This document shows positions 13,301 through 27,100 of a stretch of DNA of 64,000 nucleotides, one piece after another; within the stretch, counting starts at the first letter, position 1, and the number at the start of each line of letters is the position of its first letter. Location of the stretch: the NCBI GenBank assembly GCA_016748015.1, contig JAAOMT010000664.1:1850576-1914575 (forward strand). The letters run 5' to 3'. The notes under the pieces were generated by a model. The model saw only the letters and a list, made by a program, of their open reading frames with translations, made no database searches and was not told where the DNA came from. This DNA comes from Geosiphon pyriformis uo1. Its lineage: Eukaryota > Fungi > Glomeromycota. The translations under genes and the position numbers were made by a program.

Positions 13301-15017
13301 ATGGTTTAGGGATCATAGAAACCCAAGCTTCTTTTCAAGGTCCAGGAACTGACTCACTAACTAAACACAGATTCAAGAGCACCAGAAGCATATCCAAAAC
13401 TGATTTGTCACAACACTTTCACAATTCATTAGAGATACCAGAAAGACCAGCCACCTTCCCATCAGGAAGATCCTTGACAACTGCCAACATTTCATCAAAA
13501 CTAATTGGACATATAACACCAGAAAAAGCACCATCAAAAACATACTCTAGAGGCTGATATTGGTGAGCCCAATCTTCGGAAATATCAGAAACCACCCTAT
13601 GTTTCCTGGTGCACCCCTCCATGATTTCGTTCACCTTTGATTTGACAGAGTCAGGCTTCAAAATCAACTCATCTTCCATAACCAGATGATCCAAGACCAC
13701 CTTGTGAAAGGGATGCTCCAAAACACTTCTAATGGTGTGACCCTTATCCAGTTCAAAACTTTCCATCCTCTTACTAATAGCCTACCTAATCAAAGATTCC
13801 TCAGCCTATTTGGATTCCAACAACTTAGAAGCATGGTACAACTTTCTTGCTTTGGCCAGCACAGAACAAATAAGATTGAAACCAAAACCTGAAAGAAACA
13901 GAGACCTCACCACTGATGCACCAGGAGAATCAAGCCTGTGTCACATCTCCAACAAAGCAACAAACTCTTTACTAGAAACCAAATGTGAAGTCTTGACCAA
14001 CTTTGAAACCAGCAATTCTAGCTTATGGAACCTAGAAGACACCTTGGTAAAGATGCCATTAAAACCCTTGAACCACTTCCTTTTAAATGTACCATCCGCA
14101 GAAAGAATCATGATCTTACGAACAATATCCCACATAGCGTCCATATCAGAAAATTTTACAGCAGCACCAAATGCATCTGAAAACATAGAGGCATTAGTAG
14201 CTGAAGTGTCCTTGAACTCCAACCACTTAGCTTTATTGGCATTCTTGATGTCAAATTTCCAATGATCCCTGGTGGTCTGTTTGCACAATGAAGAAAGCTG
14301 CACATCCAATAATCCACCTATACCCACAGACACAAAAACAGCCTTATGATCAGTATTAAAAAAGTCATTAACACCAGCCATACCATGATCCACAACTGCG
14401 TTAATCAAATTAGAGGAGACAAAAACATAGTCAATTGTCTTGGTGACACCACAAGAATTGCACCAAGTCAGAGATTTCACAAACAAACTCTCACCCAAAG
14501 AGTTGACCAAACCCAAATCAAAATACTTTTTGAAACTGGCACATTTGTGAGAACTGTTTTCATTAAAATCACCACCAAGAATGACAAAGGAAGATTCATT
14601 TACCGCTTTAGCAATGAAAAAGTTGATATCACCAGTCTGAAAGAAATAAACCACTGAGAAAGCACCAGCATACAGCCCCAGAATCAACACAGAAAGCTTG
14701 TTCTTAAAAAGCAGCCTCACCAACAAGAGCCGACCAGGCACCTCCGAAACCTTGCACACATGTCTTGCCAATGAAGAGTTCAAAATAATAGCAACACCAG
14801 ATCCCATGTGACTAGAATCCAGACCAGAAGTAAAAACACAAACACCATCAAACCTATCAGCGATCCAAGGGCAAACTTTTTCCTGCAACTTTGTTTCAGT
14901 AACAATAGAGACCAGATTGTTTATATCCTTATGCCAATGAACAATGTCTGTCTGCTTTGCACAATTGTTCATATCTCTGACATTGCATGTTGCAATCTTC
15001 CAAATCAAATGAGTCAT
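10330..15017 (-). pseudogene. LINE B ORF2 (APE endonuclease - reverse transcriptase - RNase H - CCHC), disrupted
   Basis: WKIATCNVR…VTETKL…ILGGDFN…IDYVFVS…TDH (APE); LQDIHKAYD, DQGEVFSSLLW, FVDD (RT); VYTDES…ELQAIAL…DSQAA…VKSHSG..GNEHADALA (RNase H); CLFCG..E..DHVFLC. Confidence 0.92.
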
Positions 15018-16956
15018 TGAAAAACTGTGGGAGCTGACAAACCCAAACCAGAGCACAGAAAATTCAACTTATCCAAAACCAAACCAACTGAAGCTTCCAA
15101 AGCAACCAATTTTGTCTCCAAACCACTCACCTTGGCAGTAAGAACCTTGGAACTACTAGCACTGAGATTGACAACAGTATCATCAATGACAGGGGAGGTA
15201 ACATCAGGAAGACTCAAAGCATTGACCACAATCATATCTGAATTCACCTCAGAACCCAAAGCTGCAGATACAACAGGAGAGGAGACCAGGGAAGAAGGAA
15301 CCAAAGGAACCATACCAAAGAAATCTAACCTAACCAGGATGCCAGAAACACTGTCAGCCAAAAGCTCTAAAGAGCACTCCAAAACCACCAAATGATTACC
15401 CAAATGGGAAACAACAAAAGGATCAGAGACAGCTAAAGGAGAAACCAAACCAGAACACAAACCAGAACCAGAATAAAATGCATGGGAGGAGGTGTCACTA
15501 GCAACTTGAGTCCATGTCTTGCCACCAAACAAAACTGGACAGACAACAAGAGCTGATTTCTTCTTATATATACCAGTCAGGCAAACCCTATCATGATCAA
15601 AAACCATCTTCTTTTCACGTACACCAGAACTTCCACCCACAGAACAGTTGACAGTGATATGACCAAATTGTTCACACTTGGCACAACTAGCCAAAACAAG
15701 ACTAGTCCAATGCAAACTAACACCCTTAAAAATTAGAATAGTACAAACAGCAGCCAATCTGACAGCTTTATTTTCAAAACAAATGATTGCACACCAATTG
15801 TGGGCATATGAACTGGGATTGCAGCCAATGAAACAAGTCTTTCTACTATACGACATCAACAAATCAGACAAATCATGAACAGAAGTACCCACAGGCAAAG
15901 TATAAAGCATAGCCCAATGTCAATTACTAAATACCCACGTTTGTTTATTACTAATGGCCAGCACTACGCAAACTGAATCCTTTCCCACAAGAACAGACCA
16001 CTTAGAAGCGACCAAACTGGCAACTTCTGATGACTCAAATTCAATCTGGGCCTTTTGCCAAAAACCAATCAATTGCATTCTGATGGAAATAATCTTGCCA
16101 AATTTAGAAAAAACTGATTCCACAGCCACCTTTGGAAAATTCACTGGAATCTCCTTAACAACCACTTCCCGATTCGAATGAATGTTTGCTTTTTTGAAAT
16201 TACTATTGACAACAATTTTCTTATGAACTGCCATTTCCCTGGCCTTAATCAAACTAGACTCACTTGTGAAAGTTGAATGAATAACACCAGGAAATTTTGA
16301 GGGAGTTGAAGCTTCCCCAAAACCATCAATTTTGTAAAAAAATTTTTGATTGAAATGAGCTTATCACTATTAGTATTTCCAGGCACAGTAGACAATTCCA
16401 CATCCAAAGCAAATGATTTTACTGGCTTGAAGCTTCACTTTTCCATAACATGTAACTTGACAGACAGCATCTGATTGGAACCATTAAACATTTTTGGAGA
16501 TGGAAGACTTAGTGCATTCTCATCATCGCTCATGGAGTCAAATGTTGAAGCTTTCGGAGGTTTGCCTAGCATGTAAGTACAGGTCCAGGTTTTTCTTGGT
16601 GCAGTCTTGTTTATTTTGTCGTCTTCACCAGATTCTGCATAGCTTGTCTCTTCAGCAATAGTGTTCACCATATTCTCTATATCCAACACCCCACTCATAT
16701 TTGAATCGTCATTTTCAACTTTGCTTTTCCAAGATACCTTACATTCTTCATCACCCAAATGTAACAAAGCAGCAGACAGAAGGCCAGTAGACAAATCCAC
16801 AACTCCACCAGCAACTTCAGGTTTCTTAGGTTTCTTATATAATGGACCATAAGAGTAGACACTTTCAACTCACACCTTTTTTTTGGTGCCAAACTGGGTC
16901 CCCAACCCAGTCAATCCAGAACCAGAACTACCAGTAGACAAACTTACCAGTTCTAT
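15014..16956 (-). pseudogene. LINE B ORF1 (RRM-like + CCHC knuckle + C-terminal heptad repeats), disrupted
   Basis: VVVKEIPVNFPKVAVESVFSKFGKIISIRMQL (RRM-like), CAKCEQFGHITVNC knuckle. Start codon decayed to ATA. Confidence 0.88.
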
Positions 16957-18380
16957 AGTCACAAAGAGGGGCGTATTGAGAGAAATAACTGAAGTAAAAA
17001 AAAATGGGAAAAGGGAAAAAAAAAAGCTATTCTATCAGTAAAAACTATGTTCATATTGTTTTCTTAATTATTTTACTTTTTAATATTATTTTTAATTATT
17101 TCAAAAATATGGTTAATAATAATAAATTTGGTAAAACATTATAATTTTAATTGTATTTATTTAATTATTTATTTTACATATTTAATATTAGATCTATTAC
17201 TTATTACAATGACTAGAACAGCAAAAAAAAAGTTGGTTAAATATTACTCTAAAACAAATACAATTATAATGCTTTGTACTACATTAAATTTAAGCAGAAA
17301 ATTTCATTATTTTACAAAGAGAAAATTTTTGAATGACAATATTAATAAAACAAAAAAATTATAAATTATTAATTTATTTAAACAGTTTTATTTTTCAACT
17401 TTTATACAATAAATAAACCTTTAAAATACATATTTTTTTTTAAAATAGAGTATATACTAAACATTATACAAACATTAAATAACTGTTTTTTGTTGAATAG
17501 CAATTTTAATAATACTATAATATCAGTTACATAATTTATGATAAAAAAAAACTTGATGAAATTAATTATTATATTTTTAAAAAAATGATCAATAGAGAAA
17601 TAAATGTAATTGCATGATGAAAAATATATTACAAAAAATATTTATCTAAATTAACATTTTATTAATTATTTAATATTTAAGCATATTAAACACAATTTTT
17701 TTATCTTATATGTATGGTTTGTAATTATTTAACAATCCAAAGATTATCTGTTGCTTCTAAATATGCTTTTTCTGCAGGTAAAAATATAATTACAGATATA
17801 AGATTTTGTTTTGTGCTTAAAACTATAAAAGCAGTACAATGTCTTCAATTATAGATGCAAGGACTATTGAAAGAAAAATTAAATAATAATATAATATAAT
17901 ATAATGTTGTTACTGGAAGTTTTTGGTCTTTTTTCTTGAATATTTTTAATGCTTATTGGATGTAAATTCACATTTTCTGGAAGTAATTAGACTTTTAATA
18001 ACTGAATTTTTTCTTCAAATTATCTCCTATAATATGAACTGCTGGGTTAATAAATAAAATAACCAATTCTATGCCAGTTACTTTGTGTAATTATGTTGTA
18101 GTAAACATCAACTCTTTTCCAAAAATTGCTTATCAAGAAGTTTACTAAAATATGTAGTTACTTTGCTATGAAAGTCAACTCTTCTACAGAAATTTTGTTT
18201 GTAAGCTACCCTAATGATTATAATAAGAGAAGAAAAAAAATAAAAGAAATGTAAAAAAAATAGAATTTTTATCAAAAAAAACATTTTCTATTCAGGCCTA
18301 AAATCACTAATGAATTATTGAAATTAGTAACTAATTAATTTTAAAACATTAGTTGGGTATTTGTGAATTTCAAGTATAAT

Positions 18381-18840
18381 AATTAAGGATTTGGTTTTCG
18401 AATATTTAATTTTTATTTGATTTTATAAGGATATGTAAAAAATGATTTGTTCTAATTAAGATATCTAAAAGTAAGATATATTTTCTTGAAGAGAAAAGCT
18501 TTTTTTTATACAACTTTTTATAGTACTAGTTTTTGAACTTGTATTTTTTTTTGCTATAATTTCGGCAAACTAAAGATATATTTTTGTAAACTACAAGTTA
18601 TTTCTATAAACTATTGATTATTTTGGCCAATTTTTTCTAATTTTGGCGAATTTTTAAATATTAAATGGTTCAGAGTATTATGTAATTTAATCATCTTAAT
18701 TTTTATGATACAAATTAGAATGGTGATATTTAATAATTTGATTAATTAATATGTGATAATTGAAATGATAATAATATATATTAATTAATATTATGAATTA
18801 AAAAGATAATTTCATGCTAATTAATAGCTAAAATTCTATT
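18381..18840. mobile_element. ~460-bp non-autonomous repeat (MITE-like), copy 1
   Basis: Clear similarity to 62659-63150 (e.g. GATATATTTTCTT..AAAAG.TTTTTTTATACAA…GCAAACTAAAGATATATTTT…). Ends approximate. Confidence 0.6.
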
Positions 18841-20139
18841 AATAACAATGTTTTTAATAGTTAAACCTAAACATATTCATAAACTTTGAACTAAACTTAA
18901 ACCAAACTTGTTGTATTTGTTCAAGTTTGATTCAAGTTTAATAATTTTAAGTCTAGTTTAAGTTTGAGTTCAAAATTTTGCCAAATATTCTGTTCAAATT
19001 CAGTTCAGTTTGGTGGTTCAATTGAACTTAAATTGAACTGAACTGAACATCGGAACTCTAATTTTAAAGGAGCTAAAAAAATTATTAATTATATTTTTGT
19101 TAGTAAAAATTTGTTATTAACAATTACAAATTATGAAATCTGTTTTATATCTGAATTTTTTGATATTAATTACAAAGCAGTTATAGTTTTAGTTGGTTTG
19201 AAAAGCCTTTTGAATGTTTAGCTAAATAGTATTCACAAGCAAACTAATAGAAATCATTGGAAATTTAAGATTAAAAATACTAATAGTATTAAATAGAGTG
19301 ATTTTTACAACCTTTTTTTGACCAAGTTTTCTTTGCTAAAAAATAAGTTCAATAAAACAAAAAAAAAAGTAATCTAAAAATAATATAAAAACTTTGGAAA
19401 AATTTGATAATGAAATTGGTTAATAAGATATTTTCTAAACATTAGTATAACAAGATCAAATGTTTATTTAACAAATAGTTATTAAAATTTTTTATATTGA
19501 AATTGCTAGTTATTAAAGTAATAAAATTTTTTAGGTCTAATAATATATTTAAAACTATCTTTTTACTTCATATTTGGTTTAATATTAATAAGAATAGAGC
19601 TTTTAAAATGCAAATTTTAATTCAAAGTAATGCCAAGTCAAAAAATATTGACAGTTGTTTGTTTAAGATTAGGAAAAGTTATCAAAAATCCAAAATATTT
19701 AAGTCCAAAACAGTTAAAACAACCATTATAAGATGTATAATCAAGAAAAAAATGGAAAATTTTTGCTTAGATAAAAGCCATATAATCAAAAATAGATTAA
19801 AAAAGCCTTTTTGCAAAATAGTGCTAGATTATATAATAGTTAATAAGAAGCTGGTTTTAGAACTTAATAATATTAAATCTAAAATTGATATAATTATAGA
19901 AAGTTGAGCCAAAAAATAAACAGTTTTAGAATTTTTGTCTAAATGTTAAGTTAATTAATATATTCTTTTAAGCTATGTAAATAATAGTGCATTTTTAAAT
20001 ATTATAAATGTTATTGGTCTTAAAAAATTAACTTGGGTGAAAAAAATTTGCCAGATAAAAAAACTGTTAATCTTAATGGAATTTTTAATAAATTGTAGTG
20101 ATAATGTTTTTAAGTATCTTTTAAACTTTTTGAACTCAT

Positions 20140-20985
20140 TGTTATTTATAGAAATATAGGGAATATATATTAGCATAGTTATTAGCCAATCAGAAGTAGA
20201 CATAATAAAATGTGGAATTCCAGGATTCCTTTCAGGAATTGCAAGATTTCAGGAATTACAGAATTCTTATGAAGAATCGCAGGATTCCAGAATTCCAGGA
20301 TTCTTCTTAAAAGAATTGCAGAATTCCAGAAATTCCAGAATTCCTGTTGTGAAGAATTGAAAAATTGAGGAATTTCAATTATGTATATATAGCAGTAGTA
20401 TTAGAAGCTGAAAAAGACAGACTTTTAAGTTTAGATTTCATCTAGACAACCTTCCAAACACAATAAATAACTATTTGGTATCTCAAATCTAATTTCACTA
20501 TCAACACTCCATGTTAATAGTAATTAATACTTAAACACACTGGAACAATAGCTCTTGATCATGGCTATTGACAAGATACTGACTTGCAAAATTGTCTTGG
20601 CTTATTTATGATTTTCTTTTATTTCTTTTCTTTATTTTATTTTGATTTTATTGTTGTGCATTAATTGGTTGAATAAAGCATTAGATTACTGATGTCAAGA
20701 ATTGTCTGGTAAAAGACCCTTGTGAGAGGGTAGGACATGTATAAAAAATACAAAATACTTACTAGAGGATTGCCGGCCATCATGCCAAGAGAAAAATTAA
20801 CAAAATTGTGATTCTGGGAAGCTATAGATAAAACAACTATTAAATCTCTATCCATTATACAAAGAACTCAACCCAAAACCTTCAGATACAAAACCTTCAG
20901 ATTAATAACATTAATGCGAATAACTTTTAGCACCAAGTTATGGGTTTGTTATTTGATTTAACACCCCAAATAATCACTCATAATA
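20140..20985 (+). repeat. 5' LTR of gypsy-1 (846 bp)
   Basis: Aligns end to end with 29442-30302; contains a GGAATTCCA/GGATTCCA array. Confidence 0.95.
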
Positions 20986-20987
20986 TT

Positions 20988-21004
20988 TGGTGCTCTCTGT
21001 AAAG
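20988..21004 (+). promoter_or_regulatory. Primer-binding site of gypsy-1
   Basis: TGGTGCTCTCTGTAAAG just after the LTR; TGG complements tRNA CCA; near-identical to the gypsy-2 PBS. Confidence 0.85.
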
Positions 21005-21121
21005 TATAATTCTACAAAAAACCAACACCAACAACCCCATCCAAAAGTGGCAGAATCAGAAAATGTCAGAGCAAACCATCTAGAATTCGTGAAATTCTTA
21101 TTTTAACATTACTGTCAACAT

Positions 21122-24100
21122 TTGGAATTAATTTATAATCACATATTAGCAAAATTAGCTTTCAATTTTTATGTCAACAAAAGGATTGCCTATCTGTTGG
21201 GAACATTCATAAATATTGAATTAGTGAGAGAAACTTTTTACAATGAATTAATTCAAAACACCAGTCTACTTACAAATTATAATTTTGCATCCATCATCAC
21301 TGAGATCAACAAAGAAATTAAACACTACACACAGCAAAGATACCCAATTACTTACACAAGTAAAGACAAAGAAAAACTACAAACATCAGCAGTAACACCT
21401 CAAAGGATACAACCACCCACTTGGAAGAAAACTAGAGTTGAGTCCCCAAACAACCCATCCTACCACTATACTCTTGGAAGTGTTATTAATATATTATCAA
21501 CAGACATGTTCACATCAAACACAAAATCAGCATTTGGATGTTTTCCATTCCAAAGTAAACAAAAAAAAGAGGATCTACTAGGACCATATGGCAAGTATTT
21601 TGAAAGATTTAAATCTTAATCTCCTATACCATCAAGATTTCGATCACTGCCATCTTAACTGAATTTCAGAATCACAAGTCCTTGAAAAATTACTGAATTG
21701 GAAAAAAAACAAGAAGTAGAAAAGGAAGAAGAATCTGAGGATCACAAATTTACTTACCAAAACTCGATCCTAGAAAACCCAGAAAGTGAAACTCCAAACT
21801 TTCAAACCCAGCCAAATTTAGACAATCAGGAAAATGACACTCCAAATATTCAAACACCACCAAATCAGAACAATCCAAACCCCGAAGTAATTAATCAATA
21901 CTTACTTCCAGTTATCATCATTGATCAACCACCCGTTGAACCAATTGGCCAGCCCATCCAACCACAGAACCAACAAAATCAACAACCGCCACCAGTACCG
22001 CCTCAACAACAACAACAACTTCTACTACTACAGCAACAACAAATGGCTTACGTACCCATCACAAAACTTGACAAATTCAATGGTGAAAAAGACAATGCCC
22101 AAGTCTGATTAAATGATGTAGCCAAAGCCATTACAGCCAATAATTGGAATGATACTAGAGTGATGCAAGCAATCTTTTATTTTCTCCAGGATACTGCTAA
22201 TGCATGGTATCAAAGTTTCATTGTCAAACTCCAAAATTTTAATGGATTCAAAACTGAATTTTTGTGGTACTTTAGCAATAATAATAGTATCAACAAATTA
22301 GCCAACACCTTTACAATGATCAGACAAGAAGACACTGAAGCAGTCACTACCTACTTGGGACACTTCCATAGAAATCTATGCCAAATACAAGCCATCCAAG
22401 CTGACTATTTCACAGTGCCACAGATTTTAAATCAATTTATTAAAGAATTGTGCAGTAGCATCCTACAACAAGTACGTTTAATACACCCAGTAGATCTTTC
22501 AACCACAGTCACATACACCAGAGATTTTGAAACAGCTAAACTAGAAGCTAATTATGCTCAAGCTGTGAATCTAGCAATGAATGGATCATCTGAATTGGAT
22601 TCCAAATTGAAGCAATTCAGTAATTCAATTAATCAGAAATTAGAAGAATACTTAGCTGACAATCACACAATTTATTAATCTTCTCAATGACATAACAATC
22701 AGGGAAACACAAATCATTTCCAAAATCAGTCACGTCCATTGTTATCATCCAATCAGTCATGGCAGCCAAAGACATGCATCTGCCACAACTGTGCTAACCA
22801 AGGACACATCAAAGCCAACTGCCATACTTATAGCAATCTACGATCAGGAAATCAATATAGAAACCCCAATTACTGGTTTCAGACTCTGAACCATCACCCA
22901 AATTAAGACCAATACCAATCCACTTACCTGCCTATGATGCACCAACCAATTTATCAACCACCAGTTTATCAACTGCCACCACAAGCAATTTATTAGGTGC
23001 AGCCACAAGTAATATATCAACCACAGCCACCAGCAATCTATCAAACACCCACCATTCAAACACTACCAGCAAACCCAGTTCAAATAACATCAGAAAACCT
23101 AAGATCAAAGATCACCCAAAACTGGAGATTAACAATGGTTGTACATCAACCAATCTTCAGCTCTTCCCACCAACAATCAGGATCTTGTCAGTGGAATTTG
23201 GGCACTGGTCCCACCCAAAACCCGAATTCCCAACACTATTTAAGCCTTTTAGTGACTCCAGAAAATGCCACCTCCAGCAATCAGGGAATTGAACAACAAC
23301 AACCACCTACCAATAATATTCTACCTGCTACAATCACTGAAAATGAATCTTTGAATGCCATCTTTCCATTCGAACTTAAAGAACTGTCAAATGTGCCATT
23401 ATTCAGTAGAGCTGCACTTAAAGAAAAACTGATTACTGCCATGTATATTGATGCCAGGATCGATGGCCACTCCATCAAATTAATCCTTGACAGTGGTTCA
23501 GCAGACAGCATCATCACATGACAACTCATAGATTAATTAGGTTACCGAATTGATCATACTGTTAGTGCCAGGATTATTACCATAGATGGAGCCACCAAAA
23601 CCCCAATTGGCAAAATTGATGATTTTCCAATTGAAGTTAATGACATCATAGTATTCATCAAAGTTCTAGTGATAGAAGCCACTCAATATTAAGCTTTAGT
23701 TGATAATAACTGGCTATCCAAAACCAACACCATGCTCGATTGGATGACTCAAGAATTAGTACTCAGCCAAAATGGTCAACACACGTGAGTACCAGCAACG
23801 TGTGGTCACTTCAAAGCTCTTTCAAGAAAGGAACTATTGATAGAGCTAGAAGAGGAAAAAGAGAAACCTGTTTGGGAAGCATACCAAGTCTCGTGAGCAG
23901 ACATCAACTACAACAAACTATTGCCAATACTTGTCTGGGACAATGACAACAATAATGAAAAGAAAAAGCAAAGAGAAAAACCTATCTGGAAAGCCACCAT
24001 CGATGCTTGAACTGACAACAATGAAAGCAAACTAATGCCAACCATAAACTGGAAGAAGAAAGGGAAAAGAAAGGAAGAGGAGTCACCTGAACCAACCACC

Positions 24101-27100
24101 AATACCCACCAAGTCACCAGTGGCTGGACAAGTTCGTACTCCATCGATGAGCCATTGCCACAACCACCATATGTCCCACTAAAATGCAAAGACTGTGGAA
24201 AGAAACTTTCTTCCATGGAAGTCTGGATTATGCCAGATGAAGACCACTGGATGCAAACCCATTATTACTGCAAGCTGTGCTATAGAAAACAATATGGCTA
24301 TCCAAAATGACAAGGCAAGTGGAACAACAAACCATGTCTCGCTTGTGGCAAACAATTATTCAATAAAGGAATATGGAATGACATTCCTGGTCAAGGAGAA
24401 ACATGTGACACTTCATGTCAATACACGATCCTCATCAGCAACTGGGTGAGTCGTGATATGCCCATCACAGTAGCATGGCACTGAGCTATATCCCACCTAG
24501 ATGGCTATCCACACAACAAGGACAAGATCTGGCAAATGGCCAATGCCAAAGTAGAAGGCGCTTTACCCAGTGAAATTCTGGAGATTAAGAATAACCCTCC
24601 AGAACCAACAGACATTGTTTTGGTTCTCAATTCAGACATCTTTATCAACTTAGAAAACAGCCCAGAAGAATTCTATGAACACTATCAGAATTTAACATCT
24701 ACTCAAAAATAACAAGAGCAATAGTTGGAAGAAATAAACACTCGACTATGTGACCACTGTTTGATTCTATGTGACTTCCAATATTGTAATGAGTGTGACC
24801 TCATTTACAATCCACCACCACACATGATCTACACAATCCCAGAGGAAGAGAAACCAATCAGCAGCTGTGTATTAGAATTGGAATCAATTTTTAATTCCAA
24901 TTCAAACTCCGACAATGATAACAACAAAAACACCAGTTCCAGCTCTGTCCAATATGGCAAAAACAATAACAACGATTCCAACTCAGATTTAAACCCTGAT
25001 CCAAACTATGAACAATATATTGCACTTCTTGACCTCATCAAGAAACAGGAACTTAAATGGTTTAGTGATAATAATGAAGATATTATGCCAGAACACACAC
25101 ATGATACTGATGCCGGGTTTGATCTAAGGTATTCAGGAAAAGAGGCCATCTAATTGAAACCATATTTACACACCTGCATTGATTTGAAAATAGCACTGAA
25201 AATTCTGACAACAACAATAATTCAATTAGCATCTAGGAATAGTCTAGCGAAAAGAGGGATAAATATCAGAGAGAGAATAATTGACATGGGATATGTAAGA
25301 AATATCATCACCATGCTACAAAATGACTCAGAAAAGACCTATATCATAGAGCCAAACAAAAAAATAGTACAAGCAATCTTCCTGCCTCTGGTTAAAGTAG
25401 CTCAATTAGTATCAGTAAGAAACAGAAAAAAACTAGAGATAACAGCAAGAGAGATATAAGGATTTGGATTCACAGGTAGAATAGATATACCAGTTAATAT
25501 GGTGAAAGAAGAAATTATTGGCCAAGGAAAAATTATCTCAACTGGTCAAACAATTTCTATTCCACCATATAGCCAATACATGTTAGCAATAGAAAAGAGA
25601 GAGAAGGAGCAAGAACAGATTTTTGAAACAGAAACAACTCTTTGTGAATCAGAAGAAATTGGACTTATCAATCTGCACATATCAGCCAAAAGCCATAACT
25701 ATATTAAAATTCCCATCTACAACAACACTGGAAATATTGTAGAGATACCGGAAGGAACCACTCTCAGATATTTAACCACGGAAATTGAAGATCAAGCACC
25801 AAGCAGCATTCCAGATTTTCCACAGCTTTGTGGATATGTGGACATTATATCACAAACTATCTATGGATAAAATGAATGTTATCTGTTACAGCCAGAACAA
25901 TTGGAACAGATAAACATGGGAAATCTAGATCCACTTTAACAGATGCAACTAAAGATGTTACTCAATAATTTCAATGACATCTTTGCTAGTGAAAATGAAT
26001 TTGGCAGAATTAATATTATCCAGCATCAGATCAAGACTGAAGATGCAATGCCAATCAAACAGTGAGCATATAGAGTACCACCAGCCAGCCATAAAATCAT
26101 CTGTCAAGAGATCAACCAAATGCTTGACAACAGATTAATTCAGCCATCAATGAGCCTATAATTGTCATCAATAGTACTCATCTATAAGAAGAATGAAAAA
26201 ATCCAATTTTGTGTAGACTACAGAAAACTCAATAGTGTAACTTGTGGAGACAGCTATCCAACTCCATGAATACAAAAACTATTCGATGCTTTTGGTAGAA
26301 ACAAATGGTTCTTAACATTAGATTTAGATAGTAGTTACTGGCAAATAGCCATGGATCCAGCTGACAAAGAAAAAATGGCATTCACTATAAGAGAGAGAAA
26401 CTTTGAGTTTGAAGTTATGCTATTTGGCTTAACCAATGCTCCAGCTATATTTCAATGACTAATAGAAATCATGTACACTGGCTTATTGTAGAAATCAGTA
26501 GTTATATACTTAGATAACACCAATGTGTTCTCAAAAACATTTGATGATCATCTACATTATTTCCAACAAGTGTTTGAAAAACTATGACAAGCAGAATTAA
26601 AATTGAATGCAACAAAATGTTTTTTTGGCAAAACAGAACTAAAATTCTTGGAACACATAGTTAGCAAAGATGGCATAAAAACAGATCCAGAGAAAATAAA
26701 GATAGTAAAGAACTTTCCAATACCAACCAATGTAACCAAGCTGAAATCATTCTTGGGATTCGCAAGCTATTATAGACACTTCATAAAGAACTTTTCAAAG
26801 ATAGCACAACCACTCAATAATCTTTAAACCAAAAATGCAAAGTATGAATGGACTGAAACCCAGCAAGAAGCATTTGACATCTTAAGAAAAAAGCTTATTC
26901 AAGCTCCAGTATTGATCTATCCAGATCATAGTAAACCATTCATTATCACCACTGATACATCAGATCAAACATTGGGAGCAGTACTATCTCAAAGAGGATT
27001 GGATAAAAGAGAACATCCAGTCACATATGTCAGTTGAGGTTTGACTCTAGCCAAAAAAAACTATGGAACACCAGAATTAAAACATCTAGCAATCTATTAG

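Larger units (their letters stand above)
10189..17053 (-). mobile_element. LINE copy B (near full-length), inserted in hAT transposase
   Basis: Poly(A) tail appears as a T-run at ~10189-10205. Candidate TSD TATTGTTTT (10184-10192 / 17054-17062). Both ORFs present; pyrimidine-rich 5'UTR resembles copy E. Confidence 0.93.
8200..17880 (+). pseudogene. hAT transposase pseudogene (BED finger, DDE core, C-terminal dimerisation domain), split by LINE B
   Basis: Remnant motifs: PVCANTIKNKVIKLY (~8690), TLDL*T…YYINKNW (~8860-8935), F.NTTNNNTF (~9570), CFDHILNLAVQ (9672-9704), and the dimerisation motif SVASKYAFSAGKNIITDIR…KTIKAVQCL (~17745-17845). Confidence 0.8.
7823..19060 (+). mobile_element. hAT-superfamily DNA transposon (decayed), containing LINE B and two small insertions
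   Basis: Termini TAGAATTTTGAT… / …ATCGGAACTCTA form a degenerate TIR. 8-bp TSD ATTTCAGA (7815-7822) / ATTTTAAA (19061-19068) differs only by transitions. Subterminal TTGAAC/GTTCAA arrays at both ends. Host LINE frame rejoins across the insertion. Confidence 0.85.

Noticed and set aside
10274-16852. Plus-strand ORFs opposite LINE B (and minus-strand ORFs opposite E and F)
   Set aside because: Antisense shadows of LINE ORFs with no independent motifs.
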